Made by a program: the position numbers and the translations under genes. This document shows positions 58,513-64,000 of a stretch of 64,000 nucleotides of DNA, piece by piece (the first letter of the stretch is position 1; each line of letters starts with the position of its first letter). The DNA is from Myxococcales bacterium (GTDB taxonomy: Bacteria; Myxococcota_A; UBA9042; JABWCM01): positions 11,328 through 75,327 of the forward strand of contig JABWCM010000001.1 of NCBI GenBank assembly GCA_013360285.1, written 5' to 3'. The notes beneath the pieces were generated by a model, which was not told the DNA's origin, did no database searches, and saw only the letters and a program-made list of their open reading frames with translations.

Positions 58513-59384
58513 CCGAACTTTCGACAGAAACACTGGACCTAGTGGCTTTTGGTCCTCATCCCGATGATGTGGAGCTGTTTTGTGGGGGGGTGATGCTGGC
58601 GATGGCCGACCGCGGATATCGTACGGGGATTGTCGACCTAACATGGGGTGAAAGGGCGTCTCAAGGTACGAAAGAGACCCGTATTGGCGAATGTGAATTG
58701 GCGAGCGGGTTGATGAAACTCCACTGTCGCACCAATTTGGAACTGCCGGATACGTTATTGCCGCCATTGGCCTGGGCAGTGGGTGCGTATGGGGGAGAAA
58801 ACCTGTCGAAGCCTACCGATGCCGGTTGTTTTCCGACTGGGATACCTCAAGAGGTTGAAGCCGCACTGGCAAAACTCGTCACGGTCATTCGCGGACTGAG
58901 GCCCCGTGTTGTGGTGATTCCACCCAGCAAAGAGCGGCATCCCGATCATGTGGCGGCACATTATTTGATCACCCAGGCGTTATTTTATGCTCAGCTTCGG
59001 AATTTCCCTCATGCCGAGTCCCTACCGCCGTTTCAACCGGACCAGATGTTGGTATATCCCATGCGAGTCGAACTCACACCATCGTTTATAGTCGATACAT
59101 CCCACGTGGTGGAGCGTAAACGTGAGTTGGTTCACTGTTATCGCAGCCAGGTGACCAGGCAGGTGACCGATGGGTCAAATACGGAAATTTCCGGAACACT
59201 ATTGAGTTCTTCGTTGGCCATGTCGGTATTGGAAACCCGCGACAAAATGGCAGGCGCCAGAATCGGAACCGCCGCCGGAGAGCCTTATATCAGCGTCAAC
59301 ACCTTGGGCTTAATCGATCCCCTTGATCATTTTCGCAGAAATCCATTCCATCGCCCCCATCTTTTTGCCGCCGTCGAATTCTAA
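58500..59384 (+). CDS. bshB1: Bacillithiol biosynthesis deacetylase BshB1 (PIG-L/LmbE family)
   Basis: LVAFGPHPDDVELFCGGVMLAMADRGYRTGIVDLTWGE matches BshB1 N-terminal metal-binding HxDD motif region. 13-nt overlap with bshC. Confidence 0.8.
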   Translation: MANLTELSTETLDLVAFGPHPDDVELFCGGVMLAMADRGYRTGIVDLTWGERASQGTKETRIGECELASGLMKLHCRTNLELPDTLLPPLAWAVGAYGGENLSKPTDAGCFPTGIPQEVEAALAKLVTVIRGLRPRVVVIPPSKERHPDHVAAHYLITQALFYAQLRNFPHAESLPPFQPDQMLVYPMRVELTPSFIVDTSHVVERKRELVHCYRSQVTRQVTDGSNTEISGTLLSSSLAMSVLETRDKMAGARIGTAAGEPYISVNTLGLIDPLDHFRRNPFHRPHLFAAVEF

Positions 59385-59501
59385 ATACCATTACCGTTGT
59401 CGCCGACAATCCTATAGAATGGGGCACAGCGATAAACGAAGGTTCGGCACGGGCGAAGGGGTTCTTCTGCCCGGCTGTTTTGAACAACACGGAGGTGGTT
59501 T

Positions 59502-60941
59502 ATGGACACAAAACGACGAATGTTGGCTGTGGTTATCATTGGGTTGTTGCTGTTTTCATCGATGGCCGCGGCAGTACCTATGGAAGTGGGATATGTTGCG
59601 GAATTGCGGTCTCCAAATGGATTGCCGTTTAGCGGCACCATGGACGTGACGGTGGCATTGTATCCCGATGCGATGTCGGGGGTGCCCAATTGGGGACCTC
59701 ATACCTTTGATGACCTGGATATCGAAGGCGGAAGGCTGGAGTTTGTGTTGGGGCAGGGGGGATCGGCTCCAGTGGACTCAATGGACCTATCGACAACAGA
59801 GTTGTGGCTTGAAATTCAAGTCGGTGATGATGTGCTGACACCGCGGCAGAAAATCGTAGCCGTGCCATATACGGTGTTGGCCTCCGATGCCGAAAGATTA
59901 GGTGGGTTGGACGCAGCGGAATATTTGATTCCATCTGATCTGCCGGGTTTGGGGGTCTTGTTTTCGACATCGGTGGCGCAGGTGGCATTTAGCGGAGCCT
60001 ACGGGGATTTGACCGGAAAACCTGCGTTGGCAACGGTTGCAACCAGCGGGAATTATAATGATCTGTCCAACAAACCGGCGTTGGCAACGGTTGCAACCAG
60101 CGGGAATTATAATGATCTGTCCAACAAACCGGCGTTGGCAGCCGTTGCAACCAGTGGGAATTATAACGATCTGTCCAACAAGCCGGACTTGAGCCAATAT
60201 CTGACGACATCGGGTTCGCCGGCAGCAACTTCGATTGCCACGACCACGCTGAACCTACCGAAAAGCGGCAGTACGGTAAGTTTTGGTTATTGCGGCGGTT
60301 TGCCCACGGGCTGGTCGGGATCGACAGGCGGCTCCACCGATGGTTTCTGCATGAAAAACGGCACACCTGGCGGAGACGCCGAGACGTTGTTTTTGATGAG
60401 TTACGACAATGGCGATACCAACGAGAGTGTATACATCGGCGGCGGGGCGATGTGTTGTGGCCCCAGTTGGCAAGGATTTCGTATATTTGGCAACGGCACC
60501 GCGTTGTTGTCGGGGAGTTTGTCGACAAATCAGGGCGCGTTGTTCAGCGATATGGCGGAAAACGTGCCGGTGGTGGAAAAAGTCGAACCAGGTGATGTGG
60601 TCCGAATCGAACGGGTCGATCAAAAAAACTTCAACAATTCAAGATTTTCCAAAACAACCAGGGCTTACGACAAAACAGCGTTTGGGGTGGTTTCCGACAC
60701 GTTTGGATTGGCCATGGGACCCACACAAAATCGGTCGCCGGTGGCGTTGGCGGGTATCGTCAAAGTGAAAGTAGATCCACGCCAGGGCAAAATTGAACCC
60801 GGAGACCTGCTGACAAGCTCACCTACTCCAGGCCATGCGATGAAGGCAACACAAGACATACCGGGAACAGTGTTTGGAAAAGCAATGGAAGGTGCCGAAG
60901 GGAATCCGCAAGTGATTTTGATGCTCGTGATGCATCGATAA
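59502..60941 (+). CDS. Secreted fibrous-protein family member D: conserved N-domain followed by three tandem phage-tail-fibre-type repeats (SGNYNDLSNKPALATVAT) and a distinct C-terminal domain
   Basis: Signal peptide MLAVVIIGLLLFSSMAAA. N-domain VPMEVGYVAELRSPNGLPFSGTM..PRQKIVAVPYT. DNA-level 54-bp tandem repeat x3 at about 60040-60200 encoding YNDLSNKP-type repeats. Confidence 0.8.
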   Translation: MDTKRRMLAVVIIGLLLFSSMAAAVPMEVGYVAELRSPNGLPFSGTMDVTVALYPDAMSGVPNWGPHTFDDLDIEGGRLEFVLGQGGSAPVDSMDLSTTELWLEIQVGDDVLTPRQKIVAVPYTVLASDAERLGGLDAAEYLIPSDLPGLGVLFSTSVAQVAFSGAYGDLTGKPALATVATSGNYNDLSNKPALATVATSGNYNDLSNKPALAAVATSGNYNDLSNKPDLSQYLTTSGSPAATSIATTTLNLPKSGSTVSFGYCGGLPTGWSGSTGGSTDGFCMKNGTPGGDAETLFLMSYDNGDTNESVYIGGGAMCCGPSWQGFRIFGNGTALLSGSLSTNQGALFSDMAENVPVVEKVEPGDVVRIERVDQKNFNNSRFSKTTRAYDKTAFGVVSDTFGLAMGPTQNRSPVALAGIVKVKVDPRQGKIEPGDLLTSSPTPGHAMKATQDIPGTVFGKAMEGAEGNPQVILMLVMHR

Positions 60942-60944
60942 AGA

Positions 60945-61580
60945 CTAATCCGGGCTGAGGATGGCACGAATCAGTTTGTCATCACCGGGGCGGATTGTAA
61001 GCAATGCCGCCTCGGTTTTGTCGATCAACTCCTGGACTTTGGGAATCATCTGGCGGCCCTTCAAGATATGTAACTCCACCGCACTGGCGGCAGCACTTCG
61101 TGCTTTGCCGGCATCTCTTAATTCATTGTTGGTGGCTTCAAAAGCGGCAATGGAAACGACGAGTCCGGGATGGTTCAATACCTTGGCTCGTTCGATCAAC
61201 GAATCGCCGAACTTGGTTGCTTCGTCGGGGCCCAACTTTCGTGCATCGGCTGCCTTCGTGGTTCCAAACAAAGACCGGTAAGGATCTTGGTCGGCCTTTT
61301 TGCCGGAAACGTGATAGGATTCGGACGAAACGACACCGACGTCTTCGTCCCAGTATACATCGGTGATTTTCACACCGGCTCGTTCCTGATTGAGGGTTCG
61401 GCGTAACTGACGTCGTTCATCCAGATAGGTCGTAAACTCTATTTCCATTTGTTCCCAGGGTGGAATCAGGGGAAGGATATCGGGAATCCGTTTGGAGGCT
61501 TTGATGAGATTTGCGGTGACATTGCCGCAATATTCGTCCAGTGCATCAACGCCTAAATTGGCTGGAAGTGTATAACCCAT
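60945..61580 (-). CDS. Hypothetical protein (211 aa), unknown function
   Basis: Uninterrupted ORF with balanced composition and charged helical segments. Convergent with the 59502 gene (3-nt spacing). Confidence 0.45.
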   Translation of the reverse strand: MGYTLPANLGVDALDEYCGNVTANLIKASKRIPDILPLIPPWEQMEIEFTTYLDERRQLRRTLNQERAGVKITDVYWDEDVGVVSSESYHVSGKKADQDPYRSLFGTTKAADARKLGPDEATKFGDSLIERAKVLNHPGLVVSIAAFEATNNELRDAGKARSAAASAVELHILKGRQMIPKVQELIDKTEAALLTIRPGDDKLIRAILSPD

Positions 61581-61734
61581 GTGATGTCTCCTTATTGTGT
61601 ATCATCGCTGTAACTGATGATGATGCCACGTTACCATAGTTAATCGGGCGACCAAACCTTTTTCATGTGCCCGTCAGAAAAAAAGAGAAAGCGGTTTCTT
61701 TACCATGCCTACAAAATGGCAACTTCGACCGAGA

Positions 61735-61952
61735 AATCGAACGGCAGCCTATGCCCTAAGCTTTCCGACAAGTCGGAACGGTTAGGGCAGCCTATGCCCT
61801 AAGCCTTAAGACAAGTCGGAACGGTTAGGGCAGCCTATGCCCTAAGCTTTCCGACAAGTCGGAACGGTTAGGGCAGCCTATGCCCTAAGCTTTACGGCAA
61901 GCCGGAACGGTTAGGGCAGCCTATGCCCTAAGCTTTCCGACAAGTCGAAACC
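61735..61952. repeat. Tandem array of five 43-bp direct repeats (plus one truncated copy); each contains an 8-bp-stem hairpin TTAGGGCA-gccta-TGCCCTAA
   Basis: Read directly: cggaacggttagggcagcctatgccctaagctttccgacaagt at 61774, 61817, 61860, 61903 with point variants, partial copies at both ends. No spacers between units. Confidence 0.85.
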
Positions 61953-62061
61953 CCAACAACACTTTTTTGAGTGGTATGGCGCAAAGATGGAAAGAGTTAT
62001 ATACTTGGAATTGTATTTGGGGAAATAAAACCAGACTAAAAAGATTCTCTGTGGGAAAATA

Positions 62062-62814
62062 ATGCAATATACAAGTCTGTACTGTCTAAAATCGGGAATT
62101 GTGGACATCATGTTGAAATATCCACAATGGGGAGTCCGAAAAGTGTGGGCACTGCTAAGGCAGCCGGCATACGGAATGCGGGTGAGCACCAGAAGGGTAT
62201 GGAAGTTGATGCGGGATCTGAGACAGGCTTTTCGTAATGATAACTCGGAGTCAAACCAAGCATCGAAAAGAGTAGTGGTCGACGATTCGAACCAACGGTG
62301 GGCGACCGACTTTACGAAAGTGTGGACCAAAGAAGATGGCCAGGTAACGATTGTCCCAACCATCGATTGTGGATGCAGAACATTGATGGCCGTGGAAGTA
62401 GTCAAAAGCCAAACGTCCGAATCGATTTTGGCGTCGGTAGATGCCGCATTGAAAAAAGAATTTGGCGATACAACCAACTTAAGACAGGCACTGGAACTGA
62501 GAACCGACCAAGGATCGCAGTATGTAAGCCAAACCTGTAAAGATTGGGCAGAAAAATGGAACCTGAACCATACGTTGGCAAAAAAAGGCACACCAACCGA
62601 AAATGCTGTAGTGGAACGTGTGATAAGAACCATGAAAGAAGAATGTATCTGGCCCAGAGACTGGAACAATGTCGAGGAGCTAAGGCAAGCACTCAACAAA
62701 TGGCATCAGGAATACAATGAAATACGTCCACATCAGGCACTTAATTGGAGCACCCCGAAACAACGCCGGGAAGAAAACCTGGCCAGAGCGCAAGGAGGGC
62801 ACAAAAAGATTTAA
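62062..62814 (+). mobile_element. IS3-family OrfB-type DDE transposase/integrase catalytic core (rve) without an orfA; probable IS remnant
   Basis: HTH_21-like N-terminus (..GVRKVWALLRQPAYGMRVSTRRVWKLMRDL), DDE residues in WATDFT, RTDQGSQY, TPTENAVVERV. Only ~110 bp upstream, too short for an OrfA. No terminal inverted repeats identified. Confidence 0.7.
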
Positions 62815-62860
62815 CTAACCGCCAAAGAGTGCTATCAGAGCAGAAAAGAGGAAACACTAC

Positions 62861-63810
62861 AGGCATGCGTTTCCTCATCGGCTAAAGTAGGCGTTAATCA
62901 ACTGCGACGTCCCCGGCAGTTGCGGTTGGCATGCGTTTCCTCATCGGCTAAAGTCCCAGCGCCACCGGAGTGCCTACCATGCAGTTGCGGTTGGCATGCG
63001 TTTCCTCATCGGCTAAAGTTCAAGGCCAACTGCACGGCAGCCTGGAAGAGTTGCGGTTGGCATGCGTTTCCTCATCGGCTAAAGTTAGACTAGGCGACAT
63101 TCGATCCGAACACTCGTTGCGGTTGGCATGCGTTTCCTCATCGGCTAAAGTTGCAACGACGCTGGATGCGACACCGGATTTGTTGCGGTTGGCATGCGTT
63201 TCCTCATCGGCTAAAGTGGATCAGCATTCGGGTTGCCGCGGCCATCAGTTGCGGTTGGCATGCGTTTCCTCATCGGCTAAAGTTGATGTGCGGCGTTCCC
63301 GCCACCCAAATCAGTTGCGGTTGGCATGCGTTTCCTCATCGGCTAAAGTACACCATTCAGGCGTGAACTCGATCCCCTTGTTGCGGTTGGCATGCGTTTC
63401 CTCATCGGCTAAAGTCGTGTTACGGTGGTGCGGCCTACGCCCTGCGTTGCGGTTGGCATGCGTTTCCTCATCGGCTAAAGTCTTGCCCCTGGCCGTCCGT
63501 CGGCTCTTCGGTTGCGGTTGGCATGCGTTTCCTCATCGGCTAAAGTTTTCGTGGCCGTCGAATGGTCACGGGCCGTGTTGCGGTTGGCATGCGTTTCCTC
63601 ATCGGCTAAAGTATGACCACGCTCCGTAGGTGGCAGACCGAGGTTGCGGTTGGCATGCGTTTCCTCATCGGCTAAAGTACACTATCGCTTTTCGGCTTCA
63701 ACCGCGCGGTTGCGGTTGGCATGCGTTTCCTCATCGGCTAAAGTATGGAAGCACGGAACCCCAGTGTTCCAGCAGTTGCGGTTGGCATGCGTTTCCTCAT
63801 CGGCTAAAGT
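62861..63810. CRISPR. CRISPR array: 14 full 36-bp repeats GTTGCGGTTGGCATGCGTTTCCTCATCGGCTAAAGT plus one 5'-truncated/degenerate repeat at the IS-proximal end; 14 unique 29-30-bp spacers; no cas genes in the window
   Basis: Exact repeat copies at about 66-bp period from 62919 to 63810. Spacers are unique and about 60% GC. The degenerate copy at 62861-62888 suggests the trailer end faces the transposase. AT-rich leader-like sequence lies at 63861-64000. Confidence 0.92.
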
Positions 63811-63814
63811 CCAT

Positions 63815-63860
63815 GTCCCAGAACTTGTGAGAATAACACGGGTTCTGGGACATTTTTTTT
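63815..63860 (+). terminator. Hairpin (GTCCCAGAAC .. GTTCTGGGAC, 10-bp stem) followed by a T8 run immediately after the last CRISPR repeat; candidate intrinsic terminator or leader-proximal structure
   Basis: Inverted repeat and T-tract read directly at 63815-63860. Confidence 0.4.
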
Positions 63861-64000
63861 ACAAAAACCGACCATTTTCATATCACAACAATACCAATTG
63901 CTCCGGTTTTTTCGGGCTTTCTTTCTTCTTTTTGCCGTTGAACATCAACGACATTTCATATTGTTTGTCGGTGAAAAAAAGAATATGGACCTTTCCTCGA

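Noticed and set aside
61911-62699. Minus-strand 262-aa ORF
   Set aside because: It is antisense to the transposase OrfB and to the tandem-repeat array, with no RBS or protein-like features.
62861-63810. Attempt to assign a CRISPR-Cas subtype from the repeat alone
   Set aside because: A 36-bp weakly structured repeat with 30-bp spacers is compatible with type II but also with some type III and V systems. Without cas genes or a tracrRNA anti-repeat in the window, no subtype call is justified.
62970-63830. ORFs 62970..63629 (219 aa), 63151..63366 and 63630..63830 with repetitive RLACVSSSAKV / CGWHAFPHRLK peptides
   Set aside because: They are translations of the CRISPR repeat in different frames. 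The periodic peptide is an artefact of the 36-bp repeat.

Overview
The window is high-GC DNA (roughly 60% GC) from a Gram-negative bacterium with four contexts. (1) 1-8810: a tightly coupled plus-strand operon with ATGA/8-nt overlaps: 3' end of an upstream ORF, a classical-clade AAA+ ATPase with a ~470-aa N-terminal extension, an Ala-rich helical protein, and two proteins (469 and 1296 aa) sharing a ~100-aa N-terminal domain, closed by a hairpin; this may be the distal part of a phage-tail-like or contractile-injection-like module, which sequence alone cannot confirm. (2) 8.8-18.7 kb: a small Lys-tailed helical protein; a ~580-bp AT-rich array of ~27 degenerate 21-bp repeats; a sensor-less sigma-54 activator divergent from ric/ytfE; a hemerythrin; a membrane aminopropyltransferase-like protein; an RNB exoribonuclease; frmA/GSNO reductase; S-formylglutathione hydrolase; a VOC protein. 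This is a nitrosative/formaldehyde stress island. (3) 19-48.4 kb: a surface-protein region with a 2.2k-aa and a 3.3k-aa giant protein, both carrying a ~100-aa dockerin-like module that also exists as a stand-alone small protein; four secreted paralogues (three here, one at 59.5 kb) sharing an N-terminal domain with variable fibrous C-termini; a BclA-like collagen/C1q protein; a SNF2 helicase; a MITE-like inverted repeat. (4) 48.6-64 kb: a YgeW-family carbamoyltransferase with an M20-like hydrolase, a methyltransferase, a sodium:solute symporter with small subunit, a secreted PIG-L protein and bshC-bshB1; then a 43-bp tandem hairpin-repeat array, a solo IS3-type OrfB transposase remnant and a CRISPR array (14 full plus 1 truncated 36-bp repeats, 29-30-bp spacers) with no cas genes in the window. 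Many six-frame ORFs lying antisense inside the giant genes are judged spurious. Taxonomy is uncertain: the Cys-rich CxxDxNxCTxDxC repeats and LTD domains suggest Myxococcota, while bshBC and the SSS/small-subunit pair are more often seen in Bacteroidota, Chlorobi or Firmicutes.
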